Positions 12,851-31,699 of a stretch of 64,000 nt of DNA are shown here, piece by piece. The notes under the pieces were generated by a model. The model worked only from the letters and a program-made list of their open reading frames with translations, searched no databases and was not told the DNA's origin. Origin of the DNA: Octopus vulgaris (Eukaryota); assembly GCA_951406725.2 (NCBI GenBank), contig OX597834.1:5022001-5086000 (forward strand), read 5' to 3'. Made by a program: the position numbers and the translations under genes. The first letter of the stretch is position 1; each line of letters begins with the position of its first letter.

Positions 12851-13216
12851 TATTAATTTAACCATCCCCCATGCCATGCTTGCTAACATACCTTAGTTTA
12901 TAAAAGCCACTGTATTCTTTAATATGTAGTTTCAACATAACCAGAAAACCCTTACCATTGTCATACTTGCGATCGCTTTCTCATGTTTTCCCATAATTCT
13001 ACAGTTAGCTGGTCAAGAAACCAAAGAGTGTTTAACTTATTATTTTGCTGGTTTAATTGACGAACGTCGCTAGAGATAGGTTTCCAACAGTTTCACATCA
13101 GTTGTAGCGAACAGAGTGACATAAATATCTGAAACGGAATAGAAGACAAATATTGCAAGGGATTTTGCTAAGGACTTGCCGATAATAGTATTCGTCGCTG
13201 AACACACACACACACC

Positions 13217-13254
<38 letters not shown>

Positions 13255-13306
13255 TATATATATACATATATATATGTATATATACATACATAAATATATA
13301 TATATG

Positions 13307-13388
<82 letters not shown>

Positions 13389-13415
13389 CATAAATATATA
13401 TATATATATACATAC

Positions 13416-13463
<48 letters not shown>

Positions 13464-13969
13464 CCCAGAAAACGGGTGTGGTATTCTCACCTTTATAGGA
13501 CAACGTATTTCGCTAAAGTGAAGAAACTTTTACACAAACCTAGTAGAAACTTAATGCAATCTGGCATTTCAACTAATCCGTGTTCCGAAAGACAAAAATC
13601 TATGTCGAAGCTCCCGATATATGCACATTTTACCTCTTATGCAAATAATCAGGAACCTCGCTTGCCACATCAAATAGTATACAAAGTATCATATGAAGGA
13701 AGGCCGAGCACAGTGATAGCAGGAAGTCAGCTAGGCCATAAATCAGGTAGAAGTAGTATGAAAGGTATAAAAGATACAAAAGACATACAATCACATACAA
13801 ACTCACACGCAAGCTCGCACACACACAGAGGCATGCTAGGAAGTGATATAACAGTTGTGTCCCTTTGGGCTGTTAAAATGGGAAATAAGAACGCTCGATG
13901 TGTTTAATTCGGTGGAGAAAGGTAAAAGCTTGTAAAACTGGATAACTAATCCAAATAGATCAGTGTTTT

Positions 13970-14340
13970 CAGATCGATATTAGAAACTGATCCAGATGCT
14001 TGCATTTAGTGAAAATTTCGGATCTACAATTCAGTAGAGAAGTTCTTTCGAAGCTTGCATCTCCTTGTCCCATTAACGTATGGCGGGGGACATTCTACTA
14101 TGTACCACTTGATAGAGTGTGGAATATTGTTGACCTTAAGAAACCAGATATAGCTAGCTAACAGTGGTTTTTTCTTGTCCACATATCGGAATGTAGACTG
14201 ATGGTTGCCATATCTTTATTTTAAAGTTACTTTCGCAGAGACCAATATATCTTTTTTAATCAATATTCATACCTTGAAGTTGGAAATTTGTCTTACAGAA
14301 TAACTATACAAACATGCTAGACTAGACGCACATAGTGTCA
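13970..14340 (-). pseudogene. Penelope-like GIY-YIG endonuclease fragment
   Basis: Minus translation with a frameshift: KRYIGLCESNFK / RYGNHQSTFRYVDKK..LASYIWFLKVNNIPHSIKWYIVE / PPYVNGTRRCKL / LLNCRSEIFTKCKH. This is a typical PLE C-terminus. Confidence 0.85.
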
Positions 14341-15519
14341 AATAATTTTCAACATCAAAAGGAAAGACAAGCCATAGGTAATGCTAAAAATAACTCCGAA
14401 GTAGTAGTCCAATTCCACAGCTTTATTCAAAATGAGTAGAAATATATATATATCAAAATTAGGTTTAACAAATACATAAAAATATATATCAATGAATTTA
14501 TTTCTTCTTTTCAGTATCTAATAAAATTTATTTTCAGTGAAATTTGTTTTTTTAGAATCTTATTTCAACTTAATTGAACGATCTTAACCTTGTTAATTTT
14601 ACAAAGTGATTGTTTTTGATGATTAATCGTAAAAAATATTTTCCATCATTAGTTTTAACCTTGAAACGAACGTTATTTTGAATGTTAACATTTTGGAAAA
14701 AGAAATTTACTTATGTTGTCAGTAAGGTCAACAATAATATCACACATACTGGAAAAAAACAGACGTAAAAGGAAGATAAATAAAACTCGAAAGCATTATA
14801 TAAATGTTTTACTAGTAGAGGTCGTTGTAATGTATATTGAATAATAGAAAATAAATAAGAGCAAATTATTTTATTCATAAAAGAAAGTAATGGCGTAAAA
14901 CTGGGGAATAGTCTTTCAACTGTGTAACCAATTTGAATCTAGAGTCTACAGTGTTCATATAATGAATACACATTAAAGCAAAAACATAAAGTAGAAAACT
15001 TTATATCTTCTGAGTGTTAGCCTTACTCCAATGTTCACAATATCGAGTTAGTTTACAAATTTTCAGAACACTATATCAAATATAAATTTACAGAACACTT
15101 TATCTATAAAACAAATTATAGCATGTTAAAGAGACAAAAATATAAGTGGATAGTATTACTTCCCCCACTTTGTCTGCCATAGTATTCATACAAATATTAC
15201 TTGCCTTAAAAGTAAATGGATCATCCGTCAGTTTCGTCGATGACTATTCCATTTGTTCGATCAGCTTATCTATCATATTAGTACACTATGTAATAAAATT
15301 CTGGAAAACTTTTGTTTATCCTAATTTTTAAAAACGTTATCATGCAAATTTTCGGGCTGATTCCGAAAATCATCTTACTTTTTCTCAACCGTCGACCTTT
15401 GCTGAGATATATGAAATTACGCTAATTATTAACAAATGTAATGATTAGGGTGTCCATGATTTGGGCTGGCGAGGGAAAATCGTGTTTTTGATTTAATCTA
15501 AACTTCAAATAAATGACCA

Positions 15520-15606
15520 TGGTACCCAACAGGTACGCTAATTTCATTTCAGTCTGATGAAACTGATGGACTATAAATCTGCACGAACTTTCTGACAACC
15601 CAATAT
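15520..15606 (-). mobile_element. Mariner-type terminal inverted repeat remnant
   Basis: Minus strand TATTGGGTTGTCAGAAAGTTCGTGCAGATTT next to a TA run. Confidence 0.5.
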
Positions 15607-15656
15607 AGATATATATGTATTTATAGTATGTGCCCAGTAGGTGTGTGAATGTACAC

Positions 15657-15930
15657 ACTCGCGGTCATAGGATCGCGGTTTCGATTCTCAGACCGGGCGT
15701 TGTGAGTGTTTATTGAGCGAAAACACCTAAAAGCTCCACGATGCTCCGGCAGGGGCTAGTGATCCCTGCTGTACTCTTTCACCACAACTTTCTCTCATTC
15801 TTTCTTCTGTTGACCTGCTCGCTTAGCCAGCGGGGTGGAGTCATTCGAAGGCTAAAACAATGCGAACGCATTGTGACCAGTGATGTTTAGCAACATCTGA
15901 TGGTCTGGTTGGTCACGTTATCACGTCACG
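15657..15930 (+). mobile_element. SINE group B (tail type 2), 5'-truncated
   Basis: Homologous to 4154-4413. Confidence 0.85.
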
Positions 15931-16004
<74 letters not shown>

Positions 16005-16064
16005 GTGTGTGTGAGTAGGTGTGTGAATGTATACACACAGACAGACATATATATATAATAAAGG

Positions 16065-16399
16065 CGACTGGAAGAAATTGAAAACCAAAAAAGGAAATAA
16101 TTCACCATCACTAAAAGTGACCAAGGATGCAAAGGGTACCTGTATTGCTAGAAATAGGAATCAAAGACTCCTTAGCCACAAAAAATCGCATGTTCTATTT
16201 GAACTGACAGAGAAGACAGTAAATACAAATCTTACGGTAGGGAGCTGATGTTACCTCTGTCAGTTCAAATAGAACATGCGGCATTTTGTGGCTAAATGTT
16301 TTGACTATTATTTCTAGCAATGCTGTTGCCCATTGCACCCTTGGTCACTTTAAGTGATGGTGAATTATTTCCTTTTTCGTTTTCAACTTCTTCCAGCCG
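16065..16399. repeat. Fold-back element 2 (about 145-bp diverged arms, 42-nt spacer)
   Basis: 16065-16212 is the reverse complement of 16255-16399 with multiple substitutions. Microsatellite flanks. Confidence 0.85.
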
Positions 16400-16431
16400 A
16401 TATATGTTTGTGTGTCTGTGTATAAACACAG

Positions 16432-16468
<37 letters not shown>

Positions 16469-16474
16469 ATATAT

Positions 16475-16841
16475 TGTTGTTGTTGGCACTCCGTCTGTTA
16501 CGACGACGAGGGTTCCAGTTGATCCGATCAACGGAACAGCCTGCTCGTGAAATTAGTGTGAAAGAGGCTGAGAATTCCACAGGCACGTGTACCCTTAACG
16601 TAGTTCTCGGGGATATTCAGCGTAATACGGCTGACCCTTTGAATTACAGGCAAAACAGAAACAGGAAGTAAGAGTGAGAGAAAGTTGTGGTGAAAGAGTA
16701 CAGCAGGGTTCACCCCTCCCCTGACAGAGCGTCATGGAGCTTTTAGGTGTTTTCGCTCAATAAACACTCACAACGTTCCGTCTGGGAATCGAAACCGCGA
16801 TCCTATGACCACGAGTTCGCTGCCCTAACCACTGCCTCCAC
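16475..16841 (-). mobile_element. SINE group B (tail type 3)
   Basis: Reverse complement of 60029-60410. (CAA)n tail. Confidence 0.85.
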
Positions 16842-16848
16842 AATATAC

Positions 16849-16971
<123 letters not shown>

Positions 16972-18284
16972 CACGCACACAAACATATGCGTGTGTGCAT
17001 ATCTGCACCTATGTATGTACGTATGTATGTATATATGTGTGTGTATGTGTGTGTGTGAGTGTGTGTGTGTGTATGTGTGTGTGTGTGTGTGTGTGTGCGT
17101 GTGAATATAATGTAAATGCATTTGGATAACAAACCGTGAATAAATATAATATTGTCTTAAAGAACTCGCAGGTATTTGTTAATCATACCATTATATGATA
17201 TACGTTACCCAATGACTCACAAGTTTTATATGATCTGGAAGTATTATAAACGTCCATATCAACATTGGGAAACAAGTGATACGATATCTTTGAAATGTTC
17301 AATGAAGGGGAAGAATTCTGAACAATAACGAAACTACTTAAACGATGAAATCGTAAATAGATTTGTGTTTGTTCCAATGAGGACTAAATTCGGTAATATA
17401 TTTCTAAATTGTTATTTCACTAGTTTGCTTCAGTGCACAGAGACTTGAGTTTGGGTTAGTAGGCGCCATTTATATCAATATAGGATCTGCTTTTGTTTGT
17501 AAGTATTTTATTTTCATATCTTCCAAAATTTGTAGAAGCCGGTTTATTGTGTGTTTGGGCAAATGTTGGTTGACAGTTCGTACAAAAACATTTATAAAGA
17601 CTATTACTCTTGTCCAGTGAATGTACGTATTATTGATATTTACTTTAGATTTTTTATGGTTTCTTCTGTGAAAATCACAAAGCAAATATATTAAGCTTGT
17701 TTTGCAAACGAGTAGTATTTTAGATGTGTGAATGTTTGCGAGACATTTCTATATATCGTTCCCCAACCCAATCTCAGTAAGGTCTGATAAATTTGAAGTA
17801 AAAGCAAGCGTGCAGTATACTGCAACATACAATTTCATTTTCAAATAGTATATATACTAATTTCATAAGACTTTTGCTTCAACTAATGATTCAAAATAAG
17901 ATAAGTCAGAATTATTCTCTCATTATCTTCTTTAAGCACAAAGAATTATTTCAACTCGGCACTATAAAGTAAAGAAATACTTGATAGTTATTATGTACTT
18001 TGCTGTGTACTGCACTAAACAATATCTCTATGGTTTGTAGATGCATTTGACTGAAGTAAATTTCTGTAAAACAATTTGTCTCTAATAATTAGGTACTAAA
18101 GCAATTTGGTCTGGAGACGATATCGTCTAATAAGGTTTTTGTCTGACCATTGTATCTCCCCGAATATCAATAATTCTGTTATCAATTATAAGTTTTAAGA
18201 ACTATCTAATGCTAAAATTTATGTGCAAAATAATATAATTCGTATTTGATATCCTTTGATCTGAATGACGTATGTAAAGATGAG

Positions 18285-18320
<36 letters not shown>

Positions 18321-18362
18321 GCCGCCACCGCCACCGCCGCCGCCACCACCACCGCCGCCGCC

Positions 18363-18418
<56 letters not shown>

Positions 18419-18446
18419 CACCACCACCACCACCACCACCACCACC

Positions 18447-18500
<54 letters not shown>

Positions 18501-18515
18501 GCTGCTGCTGCTGCT
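18285..18515. repeat. Compound (CTA)n/(CCA)n/(CCG)n microsatellite
   Basis: Direct reading. Confidence 0.95.
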
Positions 18516-18881
18516 TGTGGTAGCACAGAAACTGCTGCTACTACACGACTATTACTAATAACAATTTCCTATATCAAGCTGAGGACTCCTGGACATGTTT
18601 TACATTATAAGGGTTGTTCGTCATGTAGTTATCCAGTCTGGTACCCATAACATGAAAAATGCATTAAAGCAGGTAAAAAAGCCAGCCTCCCTAATATATA
18701 TCCATGAGTCCTTTCACCCAGAAGCCTTGGATACCATCTGACTTGATTCGGAGATCAGAATTAAAGTATTAGTATCTGCCATCTTAGAGGTATTGCTAGA
18801 TAATGTACAGGTAGTATGGTGAGTTGAATAGCTGATGCCGCTAATCCTTGGGGTATTAGTGTTATTGCCGGTATTGTTCAA

Positions 18882-19100
18882 GCAGAACCGTTCGCACGCC
18901 GGGCGAAATGCTTAGCAGTATTTTGTCTGCTGTTACGTTCTGAGTTCAAATTCCGCTGAGGTCGACTTTACCTTTCATCCTTTCGGGGTAGATAAATTAA
19001 GTACCAGTAACGCACTGGGGTCGATGTAATCGACTTAATACCTATGTCTGTCCTTGTTTGTCCCCTCTATGTTAAGCCCCTTGTGGGTAATAAAGAAATA
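18882..19100 (+). mobile_element. SINE group A with 12-bp TSD
   Basis: GGTATTGTTCAA at 18870-18881 and 19101-19112 flanks a slightly 5'-truncated copy. Confidence 0.9.
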
Positions 19101-19239
19101 GGTATTGTTCAAACAGGTAGAATTTTGCATACATACAGTGATACTACCAACAAGATAATGGTGGATGGACAGCTAGGCTGGTTTCCACGATCCATAATGA
19201 GGCCACCAAATTTGTGCCTATTAGAAGCGGCGATTATAG

Positions 19240-19978
19240 AACCCAAATTTGTTTAAAATAAAGTGTATTGGAAAGTTAGAATTTAGGATTTTGAAAAACG
19301 CTTCGGTATACAAATCGAATGATCTGCTTTATTCTCCTTTGAGTCTTAGGCTGATGTTGGCTACGTTAGTCTAGGGGTGGTCCGAGTTTATTCTGTATTA
19401 GGGTTGGACTGTTTATTAGCAGGTGGAGAGTTAGGGGTTCCTCTGGAGGTGTTTGTACAATTACAAGGAAAAGATGTTGTATATAAGTTTTCGGTCTAGT
19501 ATTAGGGATGTATGTTTTCCTATCAAGTCTACCGCTGTTTCGGGAACCTGCTTATAGTGCGGAGTGTGGTTATTAAAGATAACCTCGTGAGCCGAAAGAT
19601 TAGGTACCCTAATAGAAATACCTTTATCTATGCTATTGAGAATCAATTTAGGATGATTAGATAAAACATCAATATATTGTAATGAATCATTAGTCTTATG
19701 GTAAGGGTAATAGAAGTTAGCAGCTAAGCTCATCTAGGAAGTTAGCTACTTTAAGAACTATTTTCGAATGAGATAAAGAGACTATAACTAAGAAACCTTG
19801 TGGAGGACGTTCCAGATACATGCAATGGAAGACCGAAACATCAGTGGAGATGTGAGAAGAGCATCATCTCTGTATATATCCTCAGAGAGGCTATGGAAGT
19901 TCTCATTTGAGAATGAAGAAAAATGCTTACTTGGTCTGCAAAATGAGCGGAGTCCGTGGAACCTATTTAACATTTCGA
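19240..19978 (-). pseudogene. Penelope-like reverse transcriptase fragment
   Basis: Frameshifted motifs in the expected order: GSTDSAHFADQVSIFL, IYRDDALL (YRDD at 19863-19874), LKVANFLD, YYPYHKTNDSLQYIDVLSNHPKLILNSIDKGISIRVPNLSAHEVIFN. Confidence 0.85.
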
Positions 19979-19979
19979 T

Positions 19980-20400
19980 AGATCAATTTTTCGTTACCAG
20001 TCACAAGTTTATCCAAAAAGGGTGAAAGGAGTTCGCGAGAATGGAGAGAAGAGCAGATGTCAACTCAGGACTTGCGGTTGTTTTCGGACAATTCATGAGG
20101 CACCCATTTTCCAAGTTGTTGATGACAATGAACAGTTGTATGGTTTTGAACTAAGCTTTATTGCCAATTCTTCAACTGATAATGCGGGATTTTATTCAAG
20201 CAATGCTTCAAGGAGCTTATATCAAACTCAACTGGACATCCTGTTCAATCTTCATCTTCAAGGCTGAAATCTCCACTTCAGGAATTTTGCAAACCATCTT
20301 CAGCAAGTTCTTTCATTCAAGCATTCTTTCCCATAAACCGAGTGTATGTTTCGAGTTGCTTCGGCTGCAGAGTTTCGCTTTTTGTACTCATAAAGCATTA
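19980..20400 (-). pseudogene. Mariner transposase N-terminal fragment
   Basis: GKECLNERTC*RWFAKF / GDFSLEDED / NPALSVEELAIKLSS / QLGKWVPHELSENNRK...FLDKLVTGNEK. Contains the WVPHEL motif. Confidence 0.85.
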
Positions 20401-20646
20401 TGTACCTAAAATGATCTTTGGATACTTCCATGTTAGAAAGGGTTTTAATCCAAGAAATTTTAATTCTATTATTCTGTAAAATAAAATTTGATTAGTGTAA
20501 ATGTACACAAATACATAAAAATAATTTTAAATTCCATTAGACATTCTAAAATACTATTAAATTTAATTCAATTTTAAAAAGGTAAAATCGGACAGAACTT
20601 AAGGGATGACCTGATATTTATGTTAATTTTTACTTAACAATGAAGT

Positions 20647-20830
20647 GGCTGGCAGAGTCGTTAGAATGCCGTTAGCGGCATTTCGCCGGTCTTTACGTCC
20701 CCAGTTCATATTCCGCCACGGTTGAATTTGCCTTTCCTGCTTCCGCAGTCGATAAAATAAGTACCAGTTGAGCCCGACTGGATCGATTTAATCGACTTAT
20801 CTTCCTCCTAAATTACTGGTCTAGCGTTAA
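20647..20830 (+). mobile_element. SINE group A, degenerate
   Basis: GCTGGCAGAGTCGTTAG...TTTGCCTTTCCTGCTTCCGCAGTCGATAAAATAAGTACCAG. Confidence 0.7.
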
Positions 20831-22614
20831 ATTTTCCTAACTAATACTTATCTGAATACGCTTAAATAAATAAGTGCTCCACTGTGAATTGTTTAGTTGC
20901 CGTGTATGATTTTCTATTTCCGTTACTATTGTCGTGTGACATAACATTAAAATTTTTGAGTGTGTTTTCTTTTTAATAAGAAGTGTAATGTTCTTTTTTG
21001 TAAATTCCTGGTCGGTCGACGGAGAAATACTGAAGTTGTGCTAAAGTTTAGTCATGGAATTTACCACGTGAGGGTTCATTTTTTTAACTTAATATATTAC
21101 ATTGGTTATTTAAAGTTAGTTCTCTACCTTGCAGGCGAGATCTTTCAGATTTATGAGAAGTGTTTCTATTTCTGTATAATGTTTTCTAACATAGTTTGTG
21201 GTTCAGTAGAATACATACGTATGCACGAAAGTATACGCACGTTCACACACACACACGCACACACACACACACACACGCACACGACACACATACACACACA
21301 CACATACACACACACACACACGCATACATACATATATACATTCATACATACATACATATATGTTTGTGTATAAAGCAAGGAATACGCGATGAAAAAAACG
21401 TTTGCGAGTGCTTAGATACGTGAAGGTTTGTGTGTTTGTTCGGGCGTGTGTATGTGTGTGCGAATGTTTTTCTCTGCTATACATTTTTCTGTTTGTTTTG
21501 TAAGCCATAATCGTTAATTCTTCAAGGCTCGTTTCCTTCCATGCACTGCTAAATCCTCATATTTTATGCCATGTTTCTTTTTTAACCTTATTAACTGAAT
21601 CATGGAATAAAATATATCTCGTAATGGAAACATCGTCTTCACTATTTTTTCTCTATTGCTACTTCTTTTTTGCAAAGTAAACAATGACCAGAGTTTATCG
21701 GGAGCTAAGTTTCTGTCATTCTATAATATTTATGGCAAAGTACTGATCAGAAACAGACAAGTAAAGAAAACAATGAACGTCTTGATAGACTGAACGTATT
21801 TATTTAGCAATGTAAATACACAATGAATAGGTTGTACGTATTTGGCAATTTTATATGAAATGTTGGAGCAAAGGTGATGCTGCATATATTGTCCGCTGCC
21901 TAGCTAAATATACAATTGCAAAATCGGACAAACTAATTTATTTACATTCCTCTTGACTAACGAATATTTTGGGTAAAATGACCTTGCTCATGGAATCAAA
22001 CACATAGATGTCATAAAGGTCGAAATCGTAAACTTGTTCATAGAATCAGATTGTATCAGATTGTTATTTTTATGTTTTGTTTTTATTTGAATAATATCTA
22101 AAGGATAAGGTGTGAAAAATGAAAATAAAGGACAAAGCATATTTGTGAGTGAAATAGTGTGTGCTTACGTGAGTGAATTAGAGAATGAAAACAGTATAGT
22201 TTACTTATGCTTGGGTGGAGGTGGAGAGATAATCGATGCTCCTCTGAACTCCACTGGAATCACCATTGGAATTGTTGATGTGAGGGAAAGTATGAACCCA
22301 AAACTTATCTGCTGCGCCAGAATTAATTGCAGCAGTGCAAGATGGAAATATCTAATGAAGAGAGAGTCGCTTTGATTACTTGCAACATGCTATAGATCTG
22401 ACATTTTCCTTAAATAATAATTAAACATCCGATAGGTTAAAGCTATCACCGATTCCACACACAGTTTGGTTGCTAGGGGGTGGGGGGACAAAGTTCCATT
22501 TTCAAAATTACAATCGCAATACTGGGCGGAGTCGAGGCCTTTAAGGAAACACTGAATATGTGTATATACGTACAAATGCGTGGCTATCTATATCTGTCTA
22601 TCTGCCTGCCTGTC

Positions 22615-22882
<268 letters not shown>

Positions 22883-22886
22883 AAAT

Positions 22887-23295
22887 TCATATATGGCTCA
22901 GAAACCTGGACGTTATCAAAGAAGCTCGAGAGGCGGTTGGATGGAACCTACACTCGCCTCCTTATGAGAGCTCAAAATCTCTCGTGGAGGCGCCATCCAA
23001 CTAAAATGCAAATATATGGGAAATTACCACCTGTGTCATCTCTTGTGAAGGGTAGGAGAGTCCAGTTTGCTGGACATTGTTGTAGAGCTGAAAAAGAAGT
23101 AATTTCTACTCTTCTCCTCTGGAAGCCATCTACTCGCAACACCAGAGGGCGCACACTCTCCTACCCTGATGTAATCTCCAGGGATACAGGCATCCAGCAA
23201 CAGGACCTCCGTAATGCTATGATGGACCGTGAAGTCTGGCGCAACATGGTAAATTCCATTGTCTCGACCACGGTCGAACAATGATGATGATGATC
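22887..23295 (+). mobile_element. 5'-truncated RTE-like LINE 3' end
   Basis: Open frame YGSETWTLSKKLERRLDGTYTRLLMRA...RRVQFAGHCCR...AMMDREVWR to the stop at 23284, followed by a (TGA)n tail. Confidence 0.85.
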
Positions 23296-23577
23296 ATAAT
23301 GATATTTATACTACGATTTTAAAGAGACACTTTTTGAATGAACGAAAAAATGATATCGATGCTGTCATGGCTCCTTGCGAATCTGATTGGCCAAACGCTC
23401 ACCCATCAATTTCAGTCAAATTTAGTTAAAATATACTTAAACTGTCTTAATTCTACATAAATAATATTTTCATAAACAAACCCGCAAAGCCTTTCGGCTT
23501 TGTTTATAAAAATATCATTTATGCAATATTAAGACAGTTTAAGTATACATTAATTAAATTTGACTGAAATTGACGAG

Positions 23578-23672
23578 AGGCTATAATAGAAGATACTTGC
23601 CCAAGGGGACATGCAGTAGAACTGAACCAGGAACCATGTGGTTGGGCAGCAAGCTTTTTACAACACAGCCAC
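23578..23672 (-). mobile_element. SINE group C head fragment
   Basis: GGCTATAATAGAAGATACTTGCCCAAGG...GGAACCATGTGGTTGG...CACAGCCAC. Confidence 0.7.
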
Positions 23673-23679
23673 TTTTGTG

Positions 23680-25280
<1,601 letters not shown>

Positions 25281-25287
25281 TATATAT

Positions 25288-25888
25288 ATAGAATCGTTGA
25301 GATTTTTGCGGATACATAGTACAGGTGGTTGAGATCTGTAATACCAACATCATTAGCTAAAATTATATCCTTAAGTGCAAGGCGGATTTTACCAATTATT
25401 TTCAGGTTTTGTTTAGAATTGCAGATTTTTGGGAGAGTATAGCGTTCATCCATACTGGTTTCTCTAATTTTCAGTCATTCAATCATTTTTTAGATCATGT
25501 GGTTCTGTTAGGTCAACATTTGTGTGACTTTCTTAATATATTTGATTTTCATCTGTCTTAGTATTTATGGTTGGTTCAGAGAGTATTTAACTTTGCCTAT
25601 CAATTACATTAACTCTTTCAATCATTACTGCATTTTCATCAGCCTTGGGTTGGTCTATAATTATTTCCTCTGTAGTAGCTTCTTTAGCTACAGCCTCGTT
25701 CTTTTTATCCTTTACTGCTTGTTTAATTTGGTCAATATCTACTTCAGTCAGTAATTTTTTTTTCATAATGTTTCTTCTGACGGTGGCAAGTTTGTTGCTG
25801 TCTATGTAGGCTCTTACTTCATGATGTTCTGTCTCCAGTTTAGGTAGGTTTGTACAGTATTAGATTTATCCGTGGGAAAATATATGGC
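25288..25888 (-). mobile_element. Older R4/Dong-like copy, N-terminal coding fragment
   Basis: Colinear with 29400-29800 and extends further 5' (RAYIDSNKLATVRRNIMKKKLLTEVDIDQIK). Confidence 0.85.
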
Positions 25889-25910
25889 ATTATTATTATT
25901 ATTATTATGA

Positions 25911-26109
25911 TTCTATGTTTGACTTTTGCTTTACATTTGCACAAGCTGGCTCCAAGTCTCACCCAAAGACCTCAAGAGACAACAAGTTGGATATTCATGT
26001 TGGTGTTATGCCTAGGGTGCCATATATTTGGTTTTGTACTTAGTGTTGTACTAGTGAATGCCTAAAAAACCATACGAAAATTATGTTTGTTTTCAAACTT
26101 GAGATTACA

Positions 26110-26110
<1 letters not shown>
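25911..26110 (-). mobile_element. R4/Dong-like 3' UTR-only copy
   Basis: Matches 8151-8350. (TTA)n on both sides. Confidence 0.9.
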
Positions 26111-26193
<83 letters not shown>

Positions 26194-26206
26194 CATTGCT
26201 GTTGTT

Positions 26207-26309
26207 GTTTTAGTCTTCAGGCTCCACATTTTGCTACTTCTATTTCAAGATCTTTATATTTACTCAGTTCTTGGTAAGTCTTGACAGATACGTTTATATC
26301 GATTGGGAT
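26207..26309 (-). mobile_element. Internal RLE-domain fragment of the R4/Dong-like element
   Basis: PIDINVSVKTYQELSKYKDLEIEVAK. Matches about 26758-26861. Confidence 0.85.
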
Positions 26310-26313
26310 TATT

Positions 26314-26360
<47 letters not shown>

Positions 26361-26378
26361 TATTATTATTATTATTAT

Positions 26379-29916
<3,538 letters not shown>

Positions 29917-29929
29917 GTCCTTATAAACC

Positions 29930-30025
29930 CCTTTTGGGGACGATAAAATAAGTACCAGTGGGGGTCGATGTCGTCGATTCATCCCCTCCTCCCAACTTCC
30001 TGCCCTTCTTACAAAATTTGAAACC
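29930..30025 (+). mobile_element. SINE group A 3' fragment
   Basis: TTTTGGGGACGATAAAATAAGTACCAGT...CCCCTCCTCCCAA...CAAAATTTGAAACC. Confidence 0.65.
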
Positions 30026-31154
30026 ATTATTATTACTATCACTATGATGTAAAATAGCTGAAGAGCATAAGGAACTTACTACCGCGTACTTTGCTAGTTT
30101 CAAATAGCAAATATCTCAATGATATACTTTTACTTTTCTAGTGGATCTGCAGTCAATTGCTTCTTGCTTCTGTAGACTGTTTTCAAAGTTAAAAATAACA
30201 ATGGTTATTATTATCGTTGTGAGAAATGTCTTAAGTCATTCCCAAACTGCTTTCATCTCCATTCGTGACTTGTATGTTCTAGTAATGCTTTGTTTTCTGA
30301 TACAAACTACAGACGGTTGCGAAATATTGTGGCTTAAAACGATTCCTGAAACCACATTAAACAGAAGAACGTTTAAAAAATGACTATTATATACTCTTGT
30401 ATTTCTCACTTCATTATCAGTCGAACAATAATTCCCTGATCAAATGGAATAAATGATTTTATACTTGAAATTAAGAAATAAATGTATTTATTAAGAAAGG
30501 AAGCTACCGTTTGTCTTTCTCTAATCATGAATATTGTTCATAGAAATATATTTACTTTTTTCACTTCTAGTGTTTTTCAAATACAAGCTGTGATTAATTT
30601 TCACAAGTTATTAACAAAGTAGAAATTTCCCTATAGACTAAAATTTTCTTCCCCATATTATCTTGTGCACTTGAAGGAAACGCTTATTTACATAGATTTT
30701 TGTTACTATTATATTGTTTTTGTTGTGACATTGGTTTGTTCATTGATGCAGGAAACATTTAATATGCTTAATTAACTTGTAGAAGGAAAAAAAACTGTCT
30801 TTTCTTGTGTAAAAGAGTCCCATAAGGTAAATTATAATAATAAAGACCTTGAGGAATATACACAAGAGAGATAAGGTGCTATTAATACGGTTAATTACAC
30901 GTTAATGCTTTCAAATTTGAACAAATATTGCATCTAGAAAATACAATATGAGAAAAAGACAAAGTCAAGATCTTTATAAATATTGAACCAATATTATATT
31001 TAATTTAAGATGATGCCAAAATCTCTGCAACTACGAGTATCACATCAAACCGCTCCTTCAGTGTGATACGAAAGAAATATATATTTTTATAATATATCTT
31101 ACACGTACATACATAGATACATGCATGCATGCATACATACATACATACATACAT

Positions 31155-31590
31155 CTTTTAGTCTTTGCATAAAATCTAAAGAAAATACGCTAAACTATGG
31201 AGGTATTTATAGATGCTCCATCCAAATTACAATTTCAGATTTATACCTGTAATTATTGGGACACTACCTAAATGCCAATCTTGAGGGATTAGGCTTCTCA
31301 AAACCAGAAAGTGGAAAGCTGATTCGAAGACTACAGATCCAAGATATCACTGGAACTGTAACAATCTGTAAAACTTTCCAAAAGTTTATCATTTAAGTAT
31401 AAGAGAGCATATTTAGACATACTATATGCGCAAGAATACATATATATATATAAAACATAAAATCTGCTCATATACATACATACGAAATACCCTGTTGATG
31501 GTGTGGAAATTCCGATGAAGGAGGATTGGATCTGGGATAGAAACCTGCTCTTTCTCTATTGGCAAGGAATATTGAAATAAAACTGAATAA
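31155..31590 (+). mobile_element. 3' end of a third RLE-type LINE, flanked by (CATA)n
   Basis: Translates NYNFRFIPVIIGTL / LEGLGFSKPESGKLIRRLQIQDITGTVTICKTFQKFII*, resembling an RLE C-terminus. UTR ends ...GAAATAAAACTGAATAA then CATACATA. Confidence 0.7.
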
Positions 31591-31646
31591 CATACATACA
31601 TGCATGCATGTATCCATCCATCCATACATACACACACTCATACATA

Positions 31647-31699
<53 letters not shown>

